From NCBI RefSeq assembly GCF_006345805.1, contig NC_043005.1:79794001-79858000 (forward strand): a DNA stretch of 64,000 nucleotides, in the 5' to 3' direction. The first letter of the stretch is position 1; each line of letters opens with the position of its first letter. A model generated the notes under the pieces. The model was not told the origin of the DNA and searched no databases. It saw only the letters and a program-made list of their open reading frames with translations. A program made the translations under genes and the position numbers. Below are positions 14,355 through 26,341 of this stretch, one piece after another. The stretch is from Octopus sinensis. Its lineage: Eukaryota.

Positions 14355-14860
14355 ATAGGGATAGGAGTCATAAAACGTAAACAATATGAAATACGAAAAT
14401 AAAGTTGGGTGCGCAATGAACGAGAGAAACAAATGGAAAACAAAACAAGTAACATAAAAGAATGACTCTTCATCAGTTAAGACTTTGAAGGTAGTTGCTA
14501 CTGCGAACCAAAATGACATTTGGAATTTGCGGAGGGTTAAAGTTTGTAACAAAAACAGGACATACAACAAACCAAACGAAACGAAGACAAACCGAGAGGG
14601 CCGTTAGGCTAAGACCGTGTAAGATAGCGAACGCTGGAAGATTCTTTGATAACAGAAAAGATAGGAGAGGAGACAGATAAGAATGCGTCTGGACTGCGCG
14701 ACAGACTGAAAAAAAAGAAAGATGATCACGTGAGGAAGGGAAAAATTGACAAAGGTTACGTGTAAGCAACGAGAGAGAGTACAGGAGGAAGAAGGAGAAA
14801 GAGATAGATAGAAAACGGTGAAGTGGAGAAAAAAATTAGAGAATGGATGAGAGATATCTT
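14355..14860 (-). mobile_element. Family B repeat (homolog of 5920-6630)
   Basis: Shared blocks with 5920-6630: GGAGGG(T)TAAA..AAAAACAGGACA and ATCACGTGA; CTTCATCAGTT shared with the 18339 copy. Confidence 0.5.
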
Positions 14861-14879
14861 GATGATATCTTCACAGAGG

Positions 14880-15310
14880 TTTATGCAAAGCTTTCAAAGA
14901 GTTCCATCTTTCTCGACACAATCAAGGAGATCTTGTGCAACTGAAAGCCGAGTGACTTTTTGGTCACCCGAAATCAGCTTTAGCTCAAACTTGGCAGACA
15001 TACCTAAATCTTCAGTGATAATGGACTGAAATAAACCGTGACTAATCTGCATATCCCCTGATAACTCACGGATGGCCATTCGACGATTTGCTCTCTCTTT
15101 GCTGGTTGCGTATCTCCCAGAACTTTCGTCAATATCGACATTTTTTCAACCGTCTTGGAAACGTCTGAACCACTCGTACACTTGTGTGTGGCTAATGCAC
15201 TCCTCTCCATAAACTTTCTACTACATTGCATAGGACTCTGAGCAGGTTTCGCGATTACAACTTTCTCTGTTATGGTCAATACAACGTTCACATGATACAC
15301 ACCTTCCTTC
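14880..15310 (-). mobile_element. mariner transposase N-terminal fragment
   Basis: Minus-strand peptides VYEWFRRFQDG and MAIRELSGDMQISHGLFQSIITEDLGMSAKF..RLSVAQDLLDCVE match mariner HTH/linker; frameshifted. Confidence 0.75.
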
Positions 15311-15499
15311 CAAGCAGTGCGGTAAACAGCGGAAGTAAGCTAGGTGTTTCTTCACGGAAGTGTCTGCCTGCATGTGTTCCTTAATGCGTATATGCAGTTT
15401 ACATGTTGTGCTTCCTATGTAGGATGCGCCACATTTGGCACAGATTTTCTCGTATACAACATAAGCCCTCTAGCACAATTCAGGTTCATTGATGGGGCA

Positions 15500-15720
15500 G
15501 TTTGACAATGTGCATTCCTCGGAGTAGTGAGCAAACACTCCCGTGAAGAGACATCTGCGGAAATGCCAGACCTGGGAATTCAGAATGCACACCAAGGCAT
15601 CACAGCGGAACAGAGGCAACCTTAAAATCTCTGAAGCCATCCTCATACACGAAAACAAAGCAATTATAAACAACGGAAGAGAGTTACAGGAAGCTAGTTG
15701 ATTGCTATAGCAACACCTTT
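15500..15720 (+). mobile_element. Penelope-like element, GIY-YIG endonuclease C-terminal remnant
   Basis: Translates KRHLRKCQ...RGNLKISEAILIHENKAIINNGRE, like the H..C / LxIxEAxxI...P.IN tail of PLE GIY-YIG domains. Confidence 0.55.
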
Positions 15721-15916
15721 CCGCGCATGTCCACTCTACTCACGGTCATCTGCAACATTTGTTAATTTCTTGAAAATAGGGTCATGGTAAGTCTACATTA
15801 ACTCCTATATTTTTTTCTTGTGATTTGCCTTGCATTTACTTCGCATTGTTCTAGCCTTACCCACAATCCTTTACACAATACATTCTACACAATATATATA
15901 TATATATATATATAAT

Positions 15917-16147
15917 ATTAGGGAATAAATTCAAACTTACAGGGAAAAATCAGATTTAGGATTGAATCCAATTTTATAGTAAAATATTATATCATAAACA
16001 GCCTTGAAACGATCGTAGTGATATATTAATTATATTTTTTTAATAATTTTGTTATATATTTAAATAATATAACTTAAATAATCTTGTATTGGCTTAAGTT
16101 TTTCATTGTATGATTTGCCTAATAGTGGTTTTGTCTCTAATTTAATA

Positions 16148-16150
<3 letters not shown>
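15917..16150. mobile_element. Second copy of family C, head-to-head with central deletion; keeps the 3' half of the hammerhead
   Basis: 15917-15990 is the reverse complement of ~44296-44372; 15998-16148 matches 44139-44290 (ACAGCC-TT-GAAACGATCGTA-GTGAT); (TA)n on both sides. Confidence 0.75.
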
Positions 16151-16186
<36 letters not shown>

Positions 16187-16199
16187 TACATAAAACGCA

Positions 16200-16640
16200 A
16201 TTTGTTTCGACCAAAGATTGGTCCAGGCCATGTCTAACTTAATAGCACCAACTGATAGGATTAGCTAAATCGTTTTTAACTCAAGTTTTCTCGAATCATG
16301 ATCCATTCGAATAGGGATTCTTGATGAATGAGTTGTATCCAGGTATAGGTGGCTTATCTGGAATTCCTTGAAGAAATTTGTCCAGATTCCGTTTAAAGGT
16401 GATGGGATCGTTTTCCTCTTTGATCTAGTTTGGGACAATGTTAAATGGGGTGGGTCTGTTGAGGAAAAGAACTGTTGTTGCAGGGGTCGTATGACCCGTG
16501 GTCCCAGCCTTGGAGGAACTTTGAAGCTAATATTGATGTCGTTTGGGCAATGCTGGGGTATACTCCCCACATCGTTTAAATGATGTATCGCTCGCGGTGG
16601 CGCTGGAGAGAGTAGATTTTTCATGCTTTAAGGCGGTCCC
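16200..16640 (-). mobile_element. CR1/L2-group LINE 3' fragment
   Basis: Minus-strand peptides SLQRHRERYII, PNDINISFKV.PRLGPR, DPITFKRNLDKFLQGIPDKPPIPGY. Confidence 0.7.
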
Positions 16641-16654
16641 AATATATAAAAAAT

Positions 16655-16915
16655 AAATTAAATATTAATTCAATGAAATTAAAACATGGTCTGGTTTTCA
16701 CGTTTTATATTATGGTATTTAAACATTTTAACATTAAAAAATTATTGTATAATGCTCATAAAGTTAAATTAGCTCTTTTATATATTTTTCTTTCTTCCAA
16801 CCTCACTTGTTTCATGTAGTTTATGAGCATTACAAAATCATTTTTTAAACTATAGAATATCATAATAAAAAAAAGAGAAAACCAGATCATGTTTTATCTT
16901 TATTCAACTAAGCTA
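16655..16915. repeat. Imperfect foldback / MITE-like inverted repeat
   Basis: AAAACATGGTCTGGTTTTC vs GAAAACCAGATCATGTTTT and TAATGCTCATAAA vs TTTATGAGCATTA, symmetric about ~16790. Confidence 0.6.
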
Positions 16916-16948
16916 TTATTCTATACGCATTCACACAAATTCAAAACA

Positions 16949-16996
<48 letters not shown>

Positions 16997-17246
16997 CACA
17001 CACACACACATACACACACACATATATATATATAAATATATATATATATAAACATTTTGGAAATGGGTGCGTGGCATTCAACTATGTAATATTGTACATA
17101 ATATAATATGATATATCACCGTGATCACCGTGACAGACAAGGCTATCAGATGTTGCTACACATCGCTGGTCACAATGCACTTCGCATTGTTTTAGCCTTC
17201 AAATGACGCCACCACGCTGGCTAAGCGAGCAGGCCAATATGATATT

Positions 17247-17278
<32 letters not shown>

Positions 17279-17345
17279 CACAAACGTTTTGTAAATAGGT
17301 GCGTGGCATTCAGCTATGTAATAATGTACATAATATATAATATAT

Positions 17346-17416
<71 letters not shown>

Positions 17417-18150
17417 AGAGAGTAACCACCATGTGGTCGACTCTAGCACTAAAAATAGATCCGCTAGGTTTCAGCCACAAAGAATTGTTTCCGATGAAAG
17501 TTAGCACGACTACTAGCGCAAACGAACAGGGCAAATAAAAATAACAAAAATGCAGATTAGTTCAGGACAACTGTTTCGCTATTAATAAATTATGTAATTT
17601 TACTCACACAACATATCTGTAGCTCTTCAGCCGAACCCGTCCAAAATACAATTTACTCAACCGCACGCTAGATTTTACCAAACCGATAAACACACGTGCG
17701 GTTCAGTCGATTGCATTCGTTGTTATAATTCAAGTGCCCCTGCCACAGCCCGCCGAAATTCACGGAAACAGATACTACATCCAAAATTAAATGCAGTATA
17801 ATTACAATCAACTAATAAGGGTGAGAAAATTGGATACTAATTTAATAGTACATCCATTTAACACCAACTGGCTTAGTGCGTAAATACTTGGATTACAATA
17901 AATTTTATACATAAATATCAGAGAGTAACCACCATGTGGTCGACTCTAGCACTAAAAATAGATCCGCTAGGTTTCAGCCACAAAGAATTGTTTCCGATGA
18001 AAGTTAGCACGACTACTAGCGCAAACGAACAGGGCAAATAAAAATAACAAAAATGCAGATTAGTTCAGGTTTTTACGCACTAAGCCACTTTGTGTTAAAT
18101 GGATGTACTATTAAATTAGTATCCAATTTTCTCACCCTTATTAGTAGATT
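17417..18150 (-). mobile_element. Retrozyme/Penelope-like non-coding element (family D): 503-bp unit with 150-bp direct repeat and 82-bp 5' inverted segment
   Basis: 17417-17566 = 17920-18069; 18069-18150 is the near-exact reverse complement of 17806-17887; (TA)n on both flanks; hammerhead inside. Confidence 0.8.
17559..17637 (-). ncRNA. Type I hammerhead ribozyme (canonical core)
   Basis: GGUUCGG-CUGAAGA-GCUA(38 nt)UAGC-GAAA-C(AGUU)G-UC|CUGAACU; 7-bp stem I (two G-U), G-C closed stem II, 2-bp stem III, GUC cleavage triplet (cut between 17566 and 17565). Confidence 0.85.
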
Positions 18151-18159
18151 ATATATATA

Positions 18160-18216
<57 letters not shown>

Positions 18217-18224
18217 GTGGATAT

Positions 18225-18625
18225 ATGAGTAAAGAATTTCACCAACTGTAAACAACATGAAGTACGAAAAGAAACGAGTGAAATGCGCAAACAATGAGAG
18301 AAAAAATGCTAAACAGGACAAGTAACACAAAGAACGATCCTTCATCAGTTGTCCGCTATCTCTCTGCTCCTCATTTCGAGCATCCCAAATTTTAATTAAT
18401 TTGCGGGAAGGACTGTTTTTACGAAGTCGCGTCTTGTCCCTGCCGTCGAAACGCGAGGTACATAAAACGGGGACAACTGATGAAGGGAATGTTCTTTATG
18501 TTGCCTGTCTCGTTCCTCTATTTGTTTCTTTCGTTGTTCGAAAAAACGTTCGTTTTCTATGATTTTGTTTTTTTATCTTTTCGTTTCTCATTCTGTCCTC
18601 ATTTTTTGATGTCCAGTACCCATAT
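18225..18625. mobile_element. Head-to-head pair of family B-related repeats
   Basis: 18225-18385 contains CCTTCATCAGTTGTCC; 18386-18625 contains GGACAACTGATGAAGG and is the reverse complement of ~5920-6150. Confidence 0.6.
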
Positions 18626-18753
18626 ATGCGTGCATATATGCAAATACATGGAGGTATGTGCATATATATGCATATATTATATATTTTTTTACATTATTAT
18701 ATGATCGAACGCCACGAATCCTTTTCGAAGTAAGTTTTATCTCTCTCTCTCTG

Positions 18754-18787
<34 letters not shown>

Positions 18788-18923
18788 GAGGGCATTATAC
18801 ATACATGCCAGAGAGCATTATACATACATGCCACACGCTAAGAGGGACAATTAGTCCTTTCTACCGAAAATATTACTAATCCCACCGAATGCAATTTTTC
18901 AAAATAAGACATTTAAAAAATAT

Positions 18924-18971
18924 AGACCTGTATCACAGTGATTTCATACTTACGTATTCATCAGCAGGCCT
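18924..18971 (-). ncRNA. Type I hammerhead ribozyme, copy 1 of family E
   Basis: AGGCCUG-CUGAUGA-AUAC(GUAA)GUAU-GAAA-UCAC-U-GUGA-UA|CAGGUCU: 7-bp stem I, 4-bp stem II with GNRA loop, palindromic stem III, AUA triplet. Confidence 0.85.
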
Positions 18972-19399
18972 GAATGTATCATAAATAAACGACCCTGTCC
19001 CGCTTAAGCCGATCAGCTAACTGATCAACATCAACGAAGCACATGGGTGAGTTTACATATATTACATCCTGTAAATGGCATATTTTTACGAATTGCATTT
19101 CGGGAGAGGAAAAGTTTTTTCGGAATAAAAATTTAGCAATTAAGGACAACTACTTAATAAGGAAAACTTAACAAGAAATTGTCAGGTAGATAGCGTGAAA
19201 ACCTCATAAGAGAATAAATTTCGAAAATAATTATTTCTTATTGAACATATTAATTTATATATAGAGGGCATTATACATACATGCCAGAGAGCATTATACA
19301 TACATGCCACACGCTAAGAGGGACAATTAGTCATTTCTACCAAAAATATTACTAATCCCACCGAATGCAATTTTTCAAAATAAGACTTTTAAAAAATAT

Positions 19400-19447
19400 A
19401 GACCTGTATCACAGTGATTTCATACTTACGTATTCATCAGCAGGCCT
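19400..19447 (-). ncRNA. Type I hammerhead ribozyme, copy 2 of family E
   Basis: Identical to 18924-18971. Confidence 0.85.
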
Positions 19448-19963
19448 GAATGTATCATAATAAACGACCCTGTCCCGCTTAAGCCGATCAGCTAACTGAT
19501 CAACATCAACGAAGCACATGGGTGAGTTTTTACATATATTACATCCTGTAAATGGCATATTTTTACGAATTGCATTTCGGGAGAGAAAAGTTTTTTCGGA
19601 ATAAAAATTTAGCAATTAAGGACAACTACTTAATAAGGAAAACTTAACAGAATTGTCAGGTAGATAGCGTGAAAACCTCATAAGAGAATAAATTTCGAAA
19701 ATAATTATTTCTTATTGAACATATTAATTTATATATAGAGGGCATTATACATACATGCCAGAGAGCATTATACATACATGCCACACGCTAAGAGGGACAA
19801 TTAGTCATTTCTACCAAAAATATTACTAATCCCACCGAATGCAATTTTTCAAAATAAGACATTTAAAATATAATATATATAATATATATATATATAATAT
19901 ATATATATATAAACATAGATACATTCATATACATACATAATACATATATTATATATATATATA

Positions 19964-19997
<34 letters not shown>

Positions 19998-20011
19998 GAG
20001 GAGAGAGAGAG

Positions 20012-20075
<64 letters not shown>

Positions 20076-20096
20076 AAGATAGACGACAGACAGGAC

Positions 20097-20188
<92 letters not shown>

Positions 20189-20261
20189 GTATACTCACAA
20201 ATACATATGTAAACGATCATGTTGATGTACGTTTGTATAAATAAATTCGTATTTACATACA

Positions 20262-20570
20262 TCGTCCACGTCGTGGCACTCCTTCGGTTAGGACGACGAG
20301 GATTTCAGTTGATCCGGTCGTGATATTAACGTGCAATGGGCTGAGTACTCCACAGACACATGTACACTTAACGTAGTTTCTCGGAGAGATTTAGCATGAC
20401 ACAAGACAGGTACAACAGAAACAAGAAGAAAAAGAGAGCGAAAATTCTAACGTACAGCAAGTTTCGCCACTACCCACTGCTGGAGCCACGCGGAGCTTTA
20501 GGTGTTTTCGCTCAATAAACACTCACAACGCGAATCCGCTGCTCTAACCACTGGGCCATTGCGCCTCCAC
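20262..20570 (-). mobile_element. SINE family 3 (tRNA-like head GGAGGCGCAATGGCCCAGTGGTTAG)
   Basis: Shares GGCTGAG(T/C)ACTCCACAGACAC..GGAGCTTTAGGTGTTTTCGCTCAATAAACACTC with 23366-23658. Confidence 0.8.
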
Positions 20571-20620
<50 letters not shown>

Positions 20621-20652
20621 GATATATATATATACTATATACAAATGTAAGC

Positions 20653-20808
20653 GCGGGAGTGGGTGGGTGTTAAGTAGCTTGCTTACCAACCACATGGTTC
20701 CGGGTTCAGTCCCACTGCGTGGCTCCTTGGGCAAGTGTTTTTACTATAGCCACGGGCCGACCAAAGCCTTCCGAGTGGATTTGGTAGACGGAAACTGAAA
20801 GAAGCCAG

Positions 20809-20868
<60 letters not shown>

Positions 20869-21110
20869 ATGTGGTGTGTATGTGTGTTTGCGCGTGAGTA
20901 TGAGTCTGTGTTTGTACTCTCAGCATCACTTGACAACCGATGCTGGTGTTTACTCCCCCGTCACTTAGCAGTTCGGCAAGAGAGACCGACAGAATAAGTA
21001 CTAGGCTTACAAAGAATAAGTCCTGCTGTCGATTTGCTCGACTAAAGGCGGTGCTCCAGCATGGTCGCAGTCAAATGACTGAAACAAATGAAAGAAAGAA
21101 AAGAAGGAAA
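20653..21110 (+). mobile_element. SINE family 1, near full length, with internal (GT)n
   Basis: Collinear with 42389-42800. Confidence 0.88.
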
Positions 21111-21532
21111 TGTACATATAGATATGTGTAATTCTTTCTCTTTCCTTCTTTCTCTCTCTCTCACTCGCTGTACGTGTGTGTGTGTCTATATATGTATACA
21201 TCCGTGCGCTCACTTTTAAACTCTCCCATATACCTTATTTACACAAATTAAATTCTTTATTTTACTTTGTTATGTTTACCTATTTATCTTTTATGTGTAT
21301 GTCACATATTTCCCCACATTTCCCCACCTTTTCCCCCATTTTCTCACTAATCTTAATATAGTTCTGTATTGTCTTTTTCTATAGTCCTATTCTTTTCTTT
21401 TTGTCAGTCTAAATGTAAATTCGCCAACACATTTTTACTTGCTTCCATCTACGATCAATGATTTTTTGTACTTTTCTTTCATCTGTGTGTCTATGTGTAT
21501 GTGCGTGTGTATGTACTTATAAATGTATGCAT

Positions 21533-21588
<56 letters not shown>

Positions 21589-21746
21589 ATATATATATAT
21601 ATATATATAGATATATATATATATAATATATATATATACATGTAGTAATCATATTTTATATATATACATATATATATATATACATACATACCATACATAT
21701 ACATACATTACATACATACATAAATACATACATATATATATATATA

Positions 21747-21827
<81 letters not shown>

Positions 21828-22349
21828 GTATGTATGTGTGTATGTGTATACTCATTTCTCTTTTTTATTGTTAACTGTCATGAAGACACAATGAATATTA
21901 AATCTTCAGATTTGTTTCACCAACTCACTTTATAAAGAAACTATTGTATGTCTATTGTCGCCAGAAATGTTGTCACCGCAAGTAACAGCGCAGACATATC
22001 TTGTAGTAACAGTAGCTCACTGACAAACACCTACAGCTATTTATCTTCATACCTATCTCGCTGGCTTTTGTTCATTCGCTCTGATTATTTACAATTTTAC
22101 TTATCGTATCATCTCACTCTTTATTATCTCTATCCTGTTCAAATCTCATAAGCCCACAAATCTCGCTAAAGCCATTTTCATTTGCACAGCCCATATATGT
22201 TGTCTTATTCAAACTTATTTGCCTTCAACTTCTTTCATGTAGCTCACAAATCTTTTCTGATTTTTGCACTAAAAAGAATTTGCGTGTATGAGTACAAACA
22301 CGCATATATACATATTTAATATAATCAGACTTGTGTAATTATATATATT

Positions 22350-22448
<99 letters not shown>

Positions 22449-22452
22449 ATAT

Positions 22453-22497
<45 letters not shown>

Positions 22498-22845
22498 TGT
22501 CTGAGTGTGTGTGTGTGAATATATAAGTTATGCATGTATGCATGTATGTATGTATGTATGTATGTATGTATGTTGTATGTATGTATGTATGATGTATGTA
22601 TGTAGGTATGTAGGTTGTATGTTATGTATGAAATATATACATGTGTATGTATTTATATATAGATCTATATGTATATGTATTTACATATATTTTATATTTA
22701 TATTTTATATTGCCGCCCGACACACTTTTCTGCAAAATATGGAGTTTATGCTGTAATGCTATATTATTAAACATATTATGCGTTTCACATAAAATATTAT
22801 TTCATAATATCATAATATAATATATTATATATTATTACTATAGTA

Positions 22846-22903
<58 letters not shown>

Positions 22904-23125
22904 ATATATATATATATACATATAATATATAATAAAGCTGCAAAGAAATCACAAAAACTGCTGCAGCTTTTGTGGAGTCTTTGTAGATTTATTAATAAAG
23001 TATATTATTCTACCTCCAGTTTTCGAGTACAAGTTTATCCACTTTGTTTCACATTTATGTGCTTACTCTGCCACACACACACACATACACACGCACACGC
23101 ACACACACACACACAAACATACACA

Positions 23126-23164
<39 letters not shown>

Positions 23165-23165
<1 letters not shown>

Positions 23166-23658
23166 CTTCACGTTTTTCGGCCATGACTGGCCATGGGATT
23201 GCACCTAGAATGTTACCCTCAGAGGCACAAGTCTGGGCAAGATTGTTTATGGAAGACCAGCAGTCGCCCATGCATACCAACCTCCCATCTCCACGCCACT
23301 GATGTTATCCAAGGGAAAGGCAAAGGCCGATACCACTTGGAACCAGTGACGTCGCAGCTAATTTATTAACGTCCAAGTGGCTGAGCACTCCACAGACACG
23401 TGTACACTTAATGTAGTTCTCGGGGAGATTCAGCGTTACACAGAATGTGAAAAGGCTGACCCTTTGAAATAGAGGCAAATAGAAACAGAAAGAAAGTTGT
23501 GTGACAGAGTACACCAGGGTTCATCCCACCCCTGCCGAAGACTCGTGGAGCTTTAGGTGTTTTCGCTCAATAAACACTCGCAATGTCCGGTGTTGGAATC
23601 GAAATCACGACCTACGACCGCGAGTCCGCTGCCCTAACTACTGGGTGACTACGCCTCC
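23165..23658 (-). mobile_element. SINE tail (23165-23360) joined to a SINE family 3 copy (23366-23658)
   Basis: Family 3 head with GTTAGGGCAGCGGACTCGCGGTCGTAGG..TTTCGATTCC on the minus strand; tail segment is the reverse complement of 49030-49113. Confidence 0.75.
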
Positions 23659-23694
23659 ACACACACACACGCACAGATACATATATAGAGAGAT

Positions 23695-23793
<99 letters not shown>

Positions 23794-23849
23794 TCACAGA
23801 CTTGGTTTATTCGGGAAAATGGGAGAATGACTGCATGACTTTCGGAAAG

Positions 23850-23957
23850 ATAGAAACCAAGCAGTAATAACCAATGCAAATATTGAGTGGTGTTCCGCAA
23901 GGCACTGTTTTGGGAACATTACTGCTTATAATGGCCCTCTCAGATATGCCCTCAGCC

Positions 23958-24000
<43 letters not shown>

Positions 24001-24530
24001 AGCCACGATCACAAGTAATGCGGATGATACAAAAACATCATAGGTGCTACGTGAGTTAGGTGAAATATATAATGCTGAAAATTTCAAGCCCTATGCTATC
24101 AGCATGCAAATCTAAATGCAATTCCAATTTAATACAGTGGACCTGGAGCTATTGTAATCCCAGGGACACAGTCTGTGCATGATCAGGTTAGTTACATAAA
24201 TAATTATGCATCCTTCCATGTGCATGTTGCTAAGCTGGCAATGAAATGCAGGCGGCTGACCGGATGGATTCTTAGTACTTTTTAAATGAGAGATGAAGTA
24301 ACCATGATGGTATTCTGGAGGAAAGTTGTCCTAGGCTGCTTTGACTATTGCTCCCAGCTATGATCACCAACCAATGTAAAAGTAATTTCAGAACTTAAGG
24401 CAATCCAATGAAGCTACACGAAGAAAAAAGCCACTGCACAGGGTATAAGCTACTGGGAAAAAGTCAAGGGATTGAGACTCTATTCATTAGAGTGTATGCG
24501 GCAAAGATATACCGTGATATATATCTGGAC
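23850..24530 (+). mobile_element. CR1/L2-group LINE RT fragment interrupted by (GA)n, same family as 2680-4345
   Basis: SGVPQGTVLGTLLLIMALSDMPS, ADDT, and nucleotide similarity to 3790-4340. Confidence 0.8.
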
Positions 24531-24824
24531 ACTTAAAGGATCATATGGGTCCCGGTTGAGAACCTTTGATCTAGAAACATACAGATAGCACCTTTAAAAA
24601 GTCCTACAGTATATCTAAGGTCCCATATCCATGGGGTTGGTTGTGAGTACATGGCTAGCACAGAGAATGACTCTACTTCATGGTTACTTTCAACAATAAG
24701 ATACAGTTTCTTGGATTGTCCTGTTATAAACTGATTATGAACAAATATATACCAGAGTACAGTATGGTATTGGCAGTGACAGATGCCTGGTACTCCATCA
24801 GTTATGATGAGGCGTGTTCCTGTT

Positions 24825-25095
24825 TATCCGATCAACATTATATCCCGCTCGTGAAATCAATGTACAAGTAGCTGAGCACTCCTCACACATGCGTGCCCTT
24901 AACATAGTTCTGAGAAATATTCAACGTGACACAGTTTGACAAGGTTGGCTCTTTGAATGACAAGTACTACTCAATTTTCTTGCTGGGTGAACTGGAGCAA
25001 TGTAAACTAAAATATCTTGCTGAAAGACACAGCGGACCGCTGGCAATCGAACTCACGGCCTTACGATCGCGAGCCGAAAACGCGCAGTGAGCACT
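24825..25095 (-). mobile_element. Degenerate SINE family 3-related copy
   Basis: GCTGAGCACTCC..TTAACATAGTTCT..GTGACACAG..GCAATCGAACTCACGGCCTTACGATCGCGAGCCG. Confidence 0.65.
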
Positions 25096-26282
25096 GAGGG
25101 ATATAAGGCTACATTAATGAATGCTTCTTGAGTGATCGATGGATTGTTTTGTTGAATTACGTCTTTGATTTCTGATGCACATCCATATTGAAATCTTGAT
25201 CAAGGCAATGAATACAAACATACAGAAAGTCTGAGAACCTCTTCATATAAGGCAAGGTCCCTGCCAGCGGGGCCACATGACTTCATTTGAGAATTTCTGT
25301 ACTTGATGGCTACTTACAATACAGTCATTTTGCTACTTACGAATTGATAGCAAGAAATATAAATCGGGACACCGCAGTGGTATGACGTACCTCCATGTTG
25401 GGAAAAACAGACGCAAGCCAAAGTAGATACAATGCATCTGTAATGAACTATCTGGTTTGTCAGCCGATTTACAAATGATTTTGAATCGCTAATCACAATG
25501 TAATTAGTCGTCAAACTACTCCACCAGAGTTTTGGTTTCGAACTAATCAAGCTTCAATATAGTCGCATTTCTATACAGTTTACTTTCGTAAACCTTTCCT
25601 CAGGCTTGTCAGTTTCCCAGATTTGCTGTTTTTTATGAAACCTAGTTTATAGTCAGTCTCTTCGCATCAAATACTCAGTTCGCTCTTTCTCTAGAAGTCG
25701 ATGGTTGAAACTCAAGCTTTTTAATAATTTATTCTTGTATTAGAAGCTTACATTGATTGTTTTCATGCAAGGGCTTCGTCTTCAGTGCTTTAGTCGACCA
25801 TATGTATATGAATTGCAGAGTACTTCTTTGAGATTCCTACATATTCTAAAGGGTCATATTTGTTCAGTGGCAAACAAAACCATTTCAAACACAATGCAAA
25901 CACACCCAACACCCAACCCACATGAAAGTTTATTTACAAAAACAACTCTACGAACTACTTATTGTTCTCAAATCTGACGACGGAGAGCAGGTGTAAATGG
26001 CTAGCACACTTGTCTACGAGAAAACCATTTTTCCATCGAGGACTTATATGCTCCCATATTAGACTATTTTCTTTAGTAATTGCAGTGATCACTTATAAGC
26101 TTTAAGCTTATAAAATACTATAAATACTATAAATACTATTTATATATATATATATGTATGTATGTATATACATGAATATATTAATAGTATTAGTAAGACA
26201 ACAAAAGAATGAAAGAGACATTGATATGTGAATAGAGGAATTTATCTGTAATATAATATGTGACAATTATTCGGTTGCCATA

Positions 26283-26341
26283 ATAAAACTCCGAGTTTCG
26301 GATGAAGGGGCGGACACTTGCACTGGCATCTCTTCAGTTAT
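26283..26341 (-). ncRNA. Degenerate type I hammerhead in a PLE-like remnant (~26180-26500)
   Basis: AUAA-CUGAAGA-GAUG(22 nt)CAUC-C-GAAA-CUC-G-GAG-UU|UUAU; palindromic stem III, one-base register defect in stem II. Confidence 0.5.

Larger units (their letters stand above)
18781..19872 (-). repeat. Tandem repeat, ~475-bp unit x ~2.3, each full unit carrying a hammerhead (family E)
   Basis: AGAGGGCATTATACATACATGCC starts at 18787, 19263 and 19737; units near-identical; (TA)n flanks. Confidence 0.9.

Noticed and set aside
25341-25437. Possible 97-nt minus-strand exon (TTACAG| ... |GTAAGT)
   Set aside because: Weak polypyrimidine tract, no recognisable peptide and no partner exons; needs RNA-seq
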